Source: a virus (lineage: Duplodnaviria > Caudoviricetes). From it: a DNA stretch of 64,000 nucleotides. The notes below the pieces were generated by a model that did no database searches, was not told the DNA's origin, and saw only the letters and a list, made by a program, of their open reading frames with translations. The stretch lies in the IMG/VR virus record IMGVR_UViG_3300032038_000065, positions 6,450-70,449 of that record. One strand, written 5' to 3'. Both the position numbers and the translations under genes were made by a program. This document shows, piece by piece, positions 1 to 10,196 of the stretch. Position 1 is the stretch's first letter. Each line of letters starts with the position of its first letter.

Positions 1-577
1 AAGGGATGCATTGCCCCAAGGCCGCAAAGAAGAGCATATCCGCCAGTCTATGGAAGGTATGGTAGATAATTTTAAAAGGAAGTATGAGAACTTTGAATAT
101 GGAAGCATCAATCTTTATACTGATGATTCTAAAAAAGATGAATTAGATAGAGAGATTTTTGCTGATATTACTCTTAATCATTTTCCTGCCCGCGAATTTA
201 ATGGATTATTAAATGGATTGACTGATGTATTAGGTAGTTATGAAAAGTTAAATAAGCGCAATAGAAAGAAAGATGAAGAGCATTTGAACAAACACGCAAT
301 GCACCTTATCCGCCTTTATCTTATGTGTCTTGATATTTTAGAGAAAGAAAAAGTAATTACCTATCGAGAAGATGACCGAGATTTTCTGCTTGAAATTAGA
401 AATGGTAAATATATGAATGAAGATGGGACTTATCAAAGTGAGTTTTTTGAAATGGTAAATGATTTTGAAAGACGCCTTGATTATGCTAAACAGAATACTA
501 GTTTACCAAAAGTCCCAGATTATCATGCTATTGAAGAATTTGTCATGGATGTAAATATGACGGCGGTAAGAATTTAA
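1..577 (+). CDS. 5'-truncated Pol-beta-like nucleotidyltransferase (RlaP/Nuc-transf-like), C-terminal part
   Basis: Frame is open from the window start (RDALPQGRKEEH...). KHAMHLIRLYLMCLDILE resembles the conserved helix of this family (recalled). Ends TAA, no TAG. Confidence 0.6.
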   Translation, partial: RDALPQGRKEEHIRQSMEGMVDNFKRKYENFEYGSINLYTDDSKKDELDREIFADITLNHFPAREFNGLLNGLTDVLGSYEKLNKRNRKKDEEHLNKHAMHLIRLYLMCLDILEKEKVITYREDDRDFLLEIRNGKYMNEDGTYQSEFFEMVNDFERRLDYAKQNTSLPKVPDYHAIEEFVMDVNMTAVRI

Positions 578-588
578 AAGATTGTTTG

Positions 589-617
589 TTGATTTTCTTA
601 AAAAATTATGATATAAT
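589..617 (+). promoter_or_regulatory. sigmaA/sigma70-type promoter
   Basis: TTGATT-17 nt-TATAAT, upstream of the ATG at 640. Confidence 0.8.
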
Positions 618-639
618 ATATATAGAAAGAAGATGAAAA

Positions 640-1308
640 ATGATTGGTATATATAAAATAACCAATATAATAAATGGAAGTGTTTATATTGGCCAGTCAA
701 AAGATATATATGCTCGATGGCAAAAACATAAATCTGTTTTTAAAAACGAAGCAAACCATAGGTATAAGCTATATCGAGCCATGAATAAATATGGTATTGA
801 CAATTTTTAGTTTGAAATTATTGAAGAATGTTCACCAGAAGATTTAAATAAAAAAGAACAATATTGGATTAAATATTATAATTCATATTATAATGGTTAT
901 AATATGACTTTTGGTGGAGATGGATTAAATGGAGCAAATAATAAAATTGTAATTCAATATGATTCTCATGGAAATTATATAACAAAATTTGAATCTGCAC
1001 ATGAGGCAGAAAGATAGACTGGAGTTACATTTACTAATATTTGTAAAGTATGTCGAGGAGAACGGCCCCACGCTGGAGGCTATATTTGGAGATATGAAGA
1101 CAGCAATATTCCAATAAAAGACTTAGGATAGGTATTAAAAAGGGGAAAACAAATTTTACAATATGATTTAAATATGAATTTAATTAATATATATCCTACA
1201 CGAGCTGCTGCTGCAAAAGCAATAGGAGTAAGTAAAACAACGATTGGAAATGCTTGTAGTGGGAAATTTAAAACAGCTGGTGGATTTATTTGGAAGGTTG
1301 AAGATTAA
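640..1308 (+). CDS. Free-standing GIY-YIG homing endonuclease with two NUMOD1-like repeats (222 aa, 3 in-frame TAG)
   Basis: MIGIYKITN...VYIGQS; two QYD...GG(Y/F)IW repeats. TAG at 808, 1015 and 1129; ends TAA. Missed by the ORF track. Confidence 0.85.
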
Positions 1309-1392
1309 TTAAATAATGCTAATTTTTTTCTAAGAAAGGAATGATAGTTATGTTGGATGCGGTGTTTTAATTACTTTTAAGGAGGAAATTAG

Positions 1393-1716
1393 ATGAGTAG
1401 ATCATACAAGCATACCCCTTATTGTGGAATAAAAAAGGATAGGTTTTATAAAAAGTATTTCAATAGAAAGCTGAGACGGAATAAAGATTATGATGAAGAT
1501 GATGAAAATCTTCAGTATAGCCAGTATAAGAAGAAAACTGACACTTGGAGCATTTGTGACTATGATGAAATTGGAACGACCAATTTTCAGAAATACTATG
1601 AGCGGCAACTGAGGTTGCATGAGGAATATAAGCAGCGGTTTTCTCATTTTAATGATCCACCTCCGACAAGAGAACAGTGTTGGAAGGAATGGAAACTTAC
1701 TTACTTTAGGAAATAA
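1393..1716 (+). CDS. Hypothetical phage protein (MSRSYKHTP...)
   Basis: GGAGG RBS, intact 107-aa ORF. Confidence 0.7.
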   Translation: MSRSYKHTPYCGIKKDRFYKKYFNRKLRRNKDYDEDDENLQYSQYKKKTDTWSICDYDEIGTTNFQKYYERQLRLHEEYKQRFSHFNDPPPTREQCWKEWKLTYFRK

Positions 1717-1720
1717 AATA

Positions 1721-1788
1721 TCGACACTTGCAGCAAATTTTCTTATTATAAAACTGAAAATTTTATTAAATAATCCATAAGGTGTCGA
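1721..1788 (+). ncRNA. RCAGCAAAT hairpin element, copy 1
   Basis: TCGACAC(1721) pairs with GTGTCGA(1782-1788); GCAGCAAAT follows the 5' arm after TT. Confidence 0.5.
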
Positions 1789-1849
1789 GCACAATAATAA
1801 CAGGAATAGCTCCATAAGATTTAAGAATTGGAGCGGAAAGAGGTTTATT

Positions 1850-2149
1850 ATGAAGATTCTTTATCAGAGTGAAATTACCGGAAAGACATATGAAACCAAG
1901 GAAGCTCTTGTTGAGGCGGAGGCCGCGGTATCTGCCGTTAAGAGAGCTGAGGAAGAAAAGAAGAAGGCAAGGGCGGAGGCCGCTAAGAAGGTAGAAGAAA
2001 AGTTAGCCATTGCTAACGCCGCAATTAAAGATGCTAATGACGCGCTTGCTGCATTCTGCAAGGAATTTGGTTCATTTAAGACAACCTTTAAGGGAGATAA
2101 TCTTAAGAATCCATTTTCTATTCTCTTCGATACTTTCTGGAATCTTTGA
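1850..2149 (+). CDS. Hypothetical coiled-coil protein
   Basis: GAGG RBS, 99 aa, Ala/Glu/Lys-rich, ends TGA. Confidence 0.7.
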   Translation: MKILYQSEITGKTYETKEALVEAEAAVSAVKRAEEEKKKARAEAAKKVEEKLAIANAAIKDANDALAAFCKEFGSFKTTFKGDNLKNPFSILFDTFWNL

Positions 2150-2183
2150 TGCGGGAGCGGGGGTTATAATCCCCCTTCCATCT

Positions 2184-2274
2184 GCCGCAATACCCAAGTT
2201 GGTGAAGGGGGCGGTTTGCTAAACCGCTAGTTCTATGATGAATAGGAGCGCAGGTTCGAGTCCTGCTTGCGGCG
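2184..2274 (+). tRNA. tRNA-Ser(GCT)
   Basis: Acceptor GCCGCAA/TTGCGGC; anticodon arm GCGGT-TTGCTAA-ACCGC; long variable arm; T arm GCAGG-TTCGAGT-CCTGC; G73. Confidence 0.92.
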
Positions 2275-2307
2275 TTAAATATTTTAAAATATAAGGAGAT
2301 TCTATTC

Positions 2308-2850
2308 ATGAATGAAGATTATATCCGCCTGAAGCTGTCGCCGCCTTGGGTGACTTTCGTTAATGAGATTGAAGCTATGTTTGGTAATGACCATGAAATC
2401 AATATTGTTTATGATAATGATGAAGTGGCAATTCGTCTTTATGTAGACAATGGCAAGAAGGCAGAAGCCATTTCTATGCTTCTTCCCGAAGAGAAGTGGT
2501 TTGGTAATGTGTGTCTTAAGGTAAGCGTGATTCCCGCAAATGACAAGGTGTTTGAAGGACTTGAGACTATTAATAATGACTCTGTCTTTTCTATTGCTTT
2601 TGAAAATAACCCCGTCTTTGCTTTTGTTAAGACTATCCGCACTCCTATTCTAAGTAATGATATTACTTATGTCGTGTTTAAGAATAAGGTTGTGCAGTTC
2701 TTTAATGATAATCTGAATGACATTCATGGTAATTGCAGCACCCTGTATGAAATCATTGCTAGAGATCTGTTTGAAGGCACGGTACTTCAGGGACTGTTCT
2801 ATTGCACGGATATTGAAGAAAAGGTTGGGGTAGTCACAAACTGGCCGTAA
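2308..2850 (+). CDS. Hypothetical phage protein
   Basis: AGGAGA RBS, intact 180-aa ORF, no TAG. Confidence 0.75.
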   Translation: MNEDYIRLKLSPPWVTFVNEIEAMFGNDHEINIVYDNDEVAIRLYVDNGKKAEAISMLLPEEKWFGNVCLKVSVIPANDKVFEGLETINNDSVFSIAFENNPVFAFVKTIRTPILSNDITYVVFKNKVVQFFNDNLNDIHGNCSTLYEIIARDLFEGTVLQGLFYCTDIEEKVGVVTNWP

Positions 2851-2860
2851 GATTCTCTTC

Positions 2861-2889
2861 TTGATTTTTTAAAAAAAATATGATATAAT
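2861..2889 (+). promoter_or_regulatory. sigmaA-type promoter for the hairpin/tRNA/HPr-like/DUF2828 cluster
   Basis: TTGATT-17 nt-TATAAT with TG near the -10 box. Confidence 0.8.
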
Positions 2890-2905
2890 ATATATGTAAG
2901 ATAAA

Positions 2906-3029
2906 GAGAGGCACACAGCAAATATTCTGTAAATTTAACGGATGGAAAAAGTCTCTCGCTATTAAAGGCACGTGCAGCAAATATTATATAGATAAAATTT
3001 GGTTTGATTTATTTTTTACTACGTGCCTT
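2906..3029 (+). ncRNA. Two tandem RCAGCAAAT hairpin elements (2906-2957 and 2965-3029)
   Basis: GAGAGGC/GTCTCTC and AAGGCACGT/ACGTGCCTT stems. (A/G)CAGCAAATATT lies at or within 2 nt of the end of each 5' arm. Confidence 0.55.
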
Positions 3030-3035
3030 GTTTTT

Positions 3036-3170
3036 GCAACTGTAACTCAGTAGGTAGAGTAACTGACTTTGGTTGTTTAGTTTAAGTAAAACATCAGAAA
3101 TGAAAATATAAGTGCAAATCTTATAACAATCTTAATCAGTAAGTCGCGAGTTCGAATCTCGCCAGTTGCA
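3036..3170 (+). tRNA. tRNA-Lys interrupted by a 62-nt insertion in the anticodon loop
   Basis: Acceptor GCAACTG/CAGTTGC + A73; D arm ACTC-AGTAGGTA-GAGT; anticodon stem ACTGA/TCAGT; T arm GCGAG-TTCGAAT-CTCGC. Removing 3071-3132 gives loop CT-TTT-AA. Confidence 0.85.
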
Positions 3171-3244
3171 TCTATGAGTGGTGATCATAGAGTCATGTGG
3201 TTTCTCAAGCGTTTGCGGGTATCGCTCCGAATAACCCGAGATAT

Positions 3245-3318
3245 GGCGGGTTCGTATACTAGCAGTACCACGGACTTTGACTCCGTTAGAGATGGGGCAG
3301 AACCATCACCCGCTGCCA
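3245..3318 (+). tRNA. tRNA-Gln(TTG) with atypical D and T loops, encoded CCA
   Basis: Acceptor GGCGGGT/ACCCGCT, G73, CCA; anticodon arm ACGGA-CTTTGAC-TCCGT; T arm GATGG-GGCAGAA-CCATC lacks TTC. Confidence 0.75.
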
Positions 3319-3353
3319 AACTTAACCTAAATATTGAAAGACAAGAGGAAGAA

Positions 3354-3575
3354 ATGAAGAAGTACAAAATTATTCTTGATACGGTTTCAGATGTCAATAA
3401 GTTTGTTTCCATAGCCAACTCCTTTGTGAATGCGGAGATCACTGTCACAGATAATCGTGGTCTCCGCGTGAATGCAAAGTCTTTGATGGGAATGCTTTAT
3501 GCTCTTGAATTTGAAGAACTTTGGTGCGAATCTGAATCTGAAATTTACGAAGCTATTAGAGATTACGTTATTTAA
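3354..3575 (+). CDS. HPr-like protein (Ser46 motif present, His15 absent)
   Basis: VNAKSLMGML matches the HPr Ser46 signature; RBS GAGG. The 5' extension in the ORF track overlaps tRNA-Gln and is rejected. Confidence 0.75.
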   Translation: MKKYKIILDTVSDVNKFVSIANSFVNAEITVTDNRGLRVNAKSLMGMLYALEFEELWCESESEIYEAIRDYVI

Positions 3576-3625
3576 ACATCAGGCTATGACAATAGCCGCA
3601 ATTAAGGATTGAAAAGGAGAAAAAA

Positions 3626-5137
3626 ATGAACACTTTCATGAATGCTCTTAAGCATGAAACTAACTTTACTTATACTGAAAATCATGCTCTTACTCGTTCT
3701 ACAACCGAGTCTGCGGTGTTGGATATGTTTGCACAGGCTGCCGCATATAGAAACCGTTCAGAGGAAGATTGTATTCTTCTCTTCAAGAATGCTCTTGACG
3801 AAGATAGAGATCTTGCAATGAAGTGTCTGTTCTGGGTACGTGACGTCAGAGGCGGCGCGGGCGAGAGGCGATTCTTTAGACTATGTTATAGATGGCTGTG
3901 TCAGAACTACCCTCAGACCGCACTCCAGAACCTTGAGTGGGTTCCTGAAATGGGTAGATGGGACGATCTGCTTTGTACTACTGTTGATACAGAAGTCGAG
4001 AAGGGCGCGCTGATGCTGATTAAATTGCAGCTTGAGCTGGATATGAGAAGCAAGACCCCTTCCTTGTGTGCAAAATGGGCTCCGTCCATTAACGCCTCAA
4101 GTCCAGTGACAAAGCGGTTTGCCATTAAGGTAATGAATTTCATGGGTATGACTGCCCGCGAATACCGCAAGATGCTGTCTGAGCTTAGAGGTAAAATTAA
4201 GGTACTTGAGAAGCTGATGAGCGCTGGCCGGTGGGACGACATCGAGTTTGATAAGATCCCCTCGCGAGCCGGACTCATATACAAGAATGTATTCGCTCAT
4301 AAGGAGGTAACTGCGGCGAGATATGAAGCATTCATCAAGAGCAAGTCTACTAAGGTGAATGCGGGAGTTCTTTATCCGTACGACATCGCTCACCGCATCT
4401 TTAATGATTATGCGCTTTCTCGAATGAGTCCCAATGATACAGATAGACTTGTTCTTAATAAATATTGGGAGAATATTCCCAATCTGTATGAGGGAAGAGA
4501 AGAGAATGCGATTGCTGTTGTCGATGTTTCTGGTTCTATGAACGGACAGCCTGTGGAAGTTGCAGTTTCTCTTGGTGCTTATGTAGCAGATAAAGCAAAG
4601 GGGCCTTTCGCTAATCACTTTATCACTTTCTCTGAAAAACCTAAACTTTGTAAGTTTGAAGGCGTAGATATTGTTGATAAGTTCATTCGATGCAAAAACG
4701 CGGAATGGGGTTATAATACAAATATCGAGGCTGTATTTGACCTTCTGCTGAAAACCGCAGTCCGAAATCATGTTAGACCCGAAGACGTAGTTCAGCGACT
4801 GTATGTTTTTTCGGATATGCAGTTTGATAATTGTGTCTGTTTTGGCCATACAGAGTATAATCTGTGGAGCAGACCTCATGCTACTGAAAGACAGATCAAA
4901 ACAGACCTTGAGAGAATCGCGCAGAAATGGCATGAGTATGGTTATGAGCTTCCGCAGGTTGTTTTCTGGAATCTGAATGCAAGAGATAATAACTGCATTC
5001 CAGCGCTTGGTGAGAGGTTCAGTTATGTAAGCGGTTTTTCGCCCAATATCCTGAGGCAGATCCTTACGGGGAAGAGTGGTTATGATTTGTGCCTTGAGGT
5101 TCTCCTTTCTGACAAATACAAATCTATTAGATTTTAA
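3626..5137 (+). CDS. DUF2828-like TROVE/vWA (Ro60-related) protein
   Basis: RDVRGGAGER and GRWDDLL motifs; vWA MIDAS VVDVSGSM; FSDMQFD; VFWNL. 503 aa, no TAG. Confidence 0.8.
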   Translation: MNTFMNALKHETNFTYTENHALTRSTTESAVLDMFAQAAAYRNRSEEDCILLFKNALDEDRDLAMKCLFWVRDVRGGAGERRFFRLCYRWLCQNYPQTALQNLEWVPEMGRWDDLLCTTVDTEVEKGALMLIKLQLELDMRSKTPSLCAKWAPSINASSPVTKRFAIKVMNFMGMTAREYRKMLSELRGKIKVLEKLMSAGRWDDIEFDKIPSRAGLIYKNVFAHKEVTAARYEAFIKSKSTKVNAGVLYPYDIAHRIFNDYALSRMSPNDTDRLVLNKYWENIPNLYEGREENAIAVVDVSGSMNGQPVEVAVSLGAYVADKAKGPFANHFITFSEKPKLCKFEGVDIVDKFIRCKNAEWGYNTNIEAVFDLLLKTAVRNHVRPEDVVQRLYVFSDMQFDNCVCFGHTEYNLWSRPHATERQIKTDLERIAQKWHEYGYELPQVVFWNLNARDNNCIPALGERFSYVSGFSPNILRQILTGKSGYDLCLEVLLSDKYKSIRF

Positions 5138-5235
5138 ATAATAGATATTAGAATCCTTGGGTAAGATAAGATATCTGCTCAAGGATATTTTTTATATTTA
5201 ATAAAAAAGAAAAAAATAAAAAGAAAGGTTGACCT

Positions 5236-6195
5236 ATGGCAAAATTAATTGATTTAACTGGACAACGATTTGATAAAGTAGTTGTATTATAGCAAGCGCC
5301 TTCGCGCGCTCGTCATGTTTATTGGAAGTGCAAATGTGATTGTGGAAACGAATGTTAGATTAGTGGAGACTCTTTAAGAAAGCCTCTTCGTCATCATGAT
5401 TGCGGATGTGTAAAACGCTAGCAAAAACAAATAAAACTTCAATAGGAAAAAGAAAGACAAAGAAAAATCCAAGAAAAACAAAATTGGTTAATAAATCAAC
5501 GTTTTGGAAAATTATTTGTTTTAGAAAAAACAGAAGAACGAATTAGTAATTCGGTTGTATGGAAATGTCAATGTGATTGCGGGAATATTAAATATGTTCC
5601 AACTCATTTATTAACATCTGGAGACACTCAAAGCTGTGGTTGCTTAATAAGGGAAGCTCATTGGAAAGATATTACAAATCAAAAATTTGGAAAATTAACT
5701 GCATTATATCCATTACCAAGAACAGAAAAGGGAGCTTTAATATGGCATTGTATATGCGATTGTGGGACTGAGTGCGATATAAATGGAAGTAATTTAAGAA
5801 GAAAACTTACGCAATCATGCGGTTGCCTCAGTGGATCTGTTGGCGAATAGAATATTAAAAATATTTTACAACAAAATAATATTAAATTTAAAAGAGAATT
5901 TACTTTTTCGGATTTACGAAATAGTAAAACAAATAAAGCTTATAGATTTGATTTTGCTATTTTTAATGATGACTTAACTTTGAAAAGATTAATTGAATTT
6001 GATGGATAGCAACATACCTTATCAAAAAGGGGTAGGAATTGGATGGATAAAGAATCATTAGAAGAGAGACAATTTAGAGATACAGAAAAAAATTAGTATT
6101 GTAAAAATCATAATATCCCACTCGTAAGAATCCCTTATACAGAGAGAAATGATATTACACTTGATATGCTATTAGGAGATCAATACTTAATTTAA
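5236..6195 (+). CDS. Free-standing homing-type endonuclease: three Cys-rich W-C-C-D-C-G repeats plus DUF559/Vsr-like nuclease domain (319 aa, 7 TAG)
   Basis: WKCKCDCGN/WKCQCDCGN/WHCICDCGT repeats; RFDFAIF...LIEFDG*QH. TAG at 5290, 5356, 5419, 5443, 5848, 6007 and 6094; ends TAA. Confidence 0.85.
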
Positions 6196-6237
6196 GATTC
6201 TGCTTTTAAAAGGCACAAGAAAATCAGATGGTAATAT

Positions 6238-6265
6238 AAAGGATGCTTAAAAGCATCCTTTTTTT
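6238..6265 (+). terminator. Rho-independent terminator
   Basis: AAAGGATGCT-TAAA-AGCATCCTTT followed by a T run. Confidence 0.75.
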
Positions 6266-6367
6266 CTTTTGGATTTGTATTGAGGATCTCTTGGATTGCT
6301 TGGCATGAAAAGGCTCGTATATAGGAAACCGAGAGGGGTCTAGGAATTTTTTAATCCAAAAATGCGG

Positions 6368-6410
6368 TTGGTCAAGTAACATTAAAATTCCCTTGATAAA
6401 TTTAATATAT
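6368..6410 (+). promoter_or_regulatory. Putative phage-specific (late) promoter TTGGNYAR-N25-TTTDATAT
   Basis: TTGGTCAA, 25 nt, TTTAATAT. Same spacing at 14839, 48824(-) and 62493. Confidence 0.5.
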
Positions 6411-6446
6411 AGTGAACAACGAAAATCCTTCAAGGAGGACTAATAA

Positions 6447-6929
6447 ATGTTAGAACTATTATCAAAATATTCAATTACTGAAATCTTAATCTTTATTGTC
6501 ATCTTAGCCCTGGCAATTAAAAGTACAATTTCCTTTTTTGATTGGGTACTAGATAAATTTCATAAAGCATCCAATAAAGAATATAAAAAGAAAATTAAAG
6601 AGACAGAAATTGAAAAACATTTAAGAGAAGAAAATGAATTAATTAAAGAATTACAATAGAAACAAAAGCTCACAGATAATACTTTAACTAATCTTTCACA
6701 GAAAATAGATGTACTTTTACGATCTGATAAGGACGCAATTAAAACTTATATTACTAAAGAACATCATTTCTTTTGCTACTGTCAAAAATGGATTGATGAT
6801 TTTAGTTTAGATTGTTTGGAGCGGCGATACTCTCGGTATCAAGAGTAGGGAGGTAACTCTTTTATAGCTGGGTTTATGAATGAGTTAAGACAGCTGCCGC
6901 GTCAACCAATCAATACAAATAATGATTAA
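6447..6929 (+). CDS. Holin-like membrane protein (160 aa, 2 TAG)
   Basis: N-terminal TM helix; C-terminal Y..YQE*GGNSF motif; TAG at 6657 and 6846; ends TAA. Confidence 0.65.
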
Positions 6930-6965
6930 ATAAATAATATCAAGAGATAAAAGGAGAATAGCGGT

Positions 6966-9900
6966 ATGGCTATACAAAATACAATGTATCCTCCTATTGT
7001 ACCAGATGCGCTACCCGCATTTATCCAAGGAGGATCATGTAATATACATTTTCAATTGTCTCCTGCAACTAATAACAATCAAATTAAAAATATTCAGGTA
7101 TCAATTGTAAATGCTAGAACAAATAAAACTATTTTAAAGGACGCTCCAAATGGAATTTATGTAGTTCCATGGAATGATAGTTATGTAAGACAATCAGATA
7201 CAAACAAATCCTTTCCATATTATATTACAATTAATTCTAATATAGTAAATTTTTAGGCTAATGAATTATATAAAATTCAGATGCGATTTGGGTCTGTTGC
7301 TGCACAAAGCATATATCCTTCTGCAACATGGTTTAATAATAATATAAATTCTTTTTCAGAATGGTCTTCTTCTTGTTTAATAAAACCTATTTATCAACCA
7401 AGAATAACTATTGCTGAATTTGATTTAGAGGATGCGAATGATAGCTCTAAAACAAAAGAGTTTGATTCTTTTTATGCAATATCTAATATTATTGGTGAGC
7501 TTATTTTTATTGATGGAAGCAATAATAAAATTAGTGAACAAACAGAGTATTTAAAAAGTTATAAAATAAAATTAGAAGAAAGTAAAAGCGGGATTGTTAC
7601 TACTGTACATGAAACAGATTGGCTATATCCTAATTCTTATACCCCAAATAATTTTAGTTATGCAGTTCCTTATTTATATAAAACTGATGGTAGCAAATAT
7701 AGAATTACAATATCTTATATAACAAATAATTTATATGAGAACAGTGACTATTTTATGTTTCAATTATCAGATTTTTCAATTTATTCAATTGATGCTTCTC
7801 TTGCAGTAGAAGAATAGCCTGAACGTGGTCGCATGAAAATTCAAATAATCGCAGATCAAAATAGTGATTATTTCTTTACTCCTGAATCACAATAGCCTGC
7901 CACCACTCTTATAATAAGAAGAACATCTTCTGAATCTAATTTTGAATTTTGGGAAGATGTTTATAAATTATAGAATTGTCCTACAACTGTAAGTAATAAT
8001 AATGGACAAAATACTATTGTATGGTATGATAATACAATAGAAAGTGGCATTTGGTATATATATGGAATGGCACGAGAAGATTCGCAGGGTCGCCGCGGCA
8101 CCATGAAAAAAGAGTCTGAGTCTGATGCTGAGAGAATGTGTTTATTTGAAGACATTTTTCTTACAACGGAAAATAAACAATTAAGGATTAAATTTAATCC
8201 TTCATTAAGCCAATTTAAATATAATGTAACATAGTCACAACAAGTAACCCTAGGTGGAAAATATCCATTTGTCAAAAGAAATGGAAATAATTATTTTAGA
8301 TCTTTTCCTATTGGTGGATTAATTAGCTCTTTTATTGATACAACAAATTGGCAACAGTCTTACGTTGATGAAGGAGAACATTCTAATTAGTTAAGTTCTA
8401 AATTATATGCTCCAAGTGAAAAGGATCAAAATAGTATATTTACAGTATCAAATAACGGTTTTAATAAAGAAAATGAATTAGCATTATTTACATCAAAAGA
8501 GGAAATTTATGGTGCGGCGGCCGCACCTCTTTACGCCAGCTATAATGAAGCACACAATATTGATTAGTATAATGATGTAATTTATGAGAGAGAATTTCGT
8601 GAAAAAGTATATTAGTTTTTATATGCTAATAATGTTAAATTATTTAAATCTGCAACCGAGGGCAATATATTGGTTAAAATAATGGATATTAATTTCCAAC
8701 CTATTGAATCTCTTGGGAGAAGATTATATTCTTTTACAGCAAACGCAGTAGAAATTGATTAGGCAAATGCAATCAATTATGCAAAATATCATATTTCAAA
8801 TAGTGCAACTTATACTGTCACTACAACTACTCCAGAATAGGGAGCAGAAATTCCTGATATTCCAGATACTCCTGATGATCCCGTTACACCTGATGGACCC
8901 TAGGTTAAAAAAGAAACTCTTTATAAAATGGGTCAATTTCAATTTTCATCTGATGATTATTTACCTAATACTAATATTATTTCAGAAATTAAAAATAAAT
9001 ATAATATAGAGATTGCTACGACATAGTAGAAAGAAGTTAATGGTGAAACAGTTACAATAGAAAACAAATAGTGGTATATACCTAAATCTGTTAAACATTT
9101 AACATTAACAATTACCTCGCCACCGCAGCTTATTACTCAAACATCTGATGGTAAACTCGCTTATATCTAGCATGGATCGGCAATTGCTTCAGGTTATATT
9201 GTTACAATAAAACACACCGCAGCAAATGATGAAACAGAAGAAGTTGAAGAATAGATTCTTATTCCACAGACTCAATCACATCTAGATACTCCTATTGGAT
9301 ATTATGATCTAGATTGTACGAATATTAACTTAGCATCATTATATTTTAAAGAGCCAGCTTCTTCATACTCCTTAATTGCTACTATTGATTATGTTATTTA
9401 GGTTGAATATGGTAAAAACGTTCCTAAAGAATAGGATTCAACTACACCTGAAAGTTCTACAAGAACAAGCTCTGAAATAAAATTAGGTCAAATATATGGG
9501 ACTTCAAATGTTGTAACTTCTATAATCAATCAAACAATACGAGATAAATATTATCAACTTAATAGGTCTCCTTATTTAAATATTGAATTTCAATAGGCAT
9601 GGGGATTCAGAATTGAAGCGCCTGTTGGTTCCGTTATTTATATTGCTTCTGGTACCACCGTTAATAATCAAATTTTAAGTAAACACATTTTAAATAATGG
9701 ATATTTAGAATTAACCGATGATGAAGGTGGAGATAACATAATAGTTAGTGGAATTTACTTTTATGGAAAATCATTTTATAAGCGAGAAATTAATTATATA
9801 ACAACAACAACAGGTTAGAATGGAGCTATAATATAGACTATTAATATTCCTCAGTTACAAGACAATGAATGTATTGAAGTAGATGGCACTTATGATTCAA

Positions 9901-10196
9901 TAAATGATATTACATAGCCTATTGATAATGGAGTTTATACATTAAATACTTCTTTTGGACTCTTTTCTGAACCAATTCCGTCTGGTAATCAAACTACTGT
10001 TTATAATAGAGCAGATGATTTATATTATACAGAATTATTAAAAATCAATCTTAGAACAATGTTTTTAAACACAATAATTTATTATCATGGCCAATGGTAT
10101 CCTTTTGATAATACTAACAATGAAATTATCTGTCCTCTTGATTATATTATTAACTATATTTGTAATATTAAAGAAACCAAGGAGGTTGGTATGTAA
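6966..10196 (+). CDS. Large virion/tail structural protein (1076 aa, about 22 TAG)
   Basis: Frame traced from ATG 6966 to TAA 10194 with only TAG interruptions. TLGGKYPFVKRNG and LFKSATEGNILVK motifs typical of gut-phage tail modules (recalled). Confidence 0.8.

Noticed and set aside
3036-3170. Reading the split tRNA as Gln(TTG) with an intron at 37/38, or as a CUA suppressor
   Set aside because: The body (A73, CT-TTT-AA-TCAGT, AAGTC variable loop) matches Lys, and no excision register yields CTA.
3171-3243. Possible extra tRNA or Y RNA between tRNA-Lys and tRNA-Gln
   Set aside because: Only two small hairpins; no cloverleaf or recognisable motif.
3174-3353. 5' extension of the HPr-like ORF to 133 aa
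   Set aside because: It overlaps tRNA-Gln; the RBS and homology start at ATG 3354.
4097-5182. 361-aa antisense ORF, and similar shadow ORFs such as 42320-42994, 18366-19008 and 40184-40603
   Set aside because: Antisense or off-frame to well-supported genes, with no RBS or motifs; by-products of codon bias.
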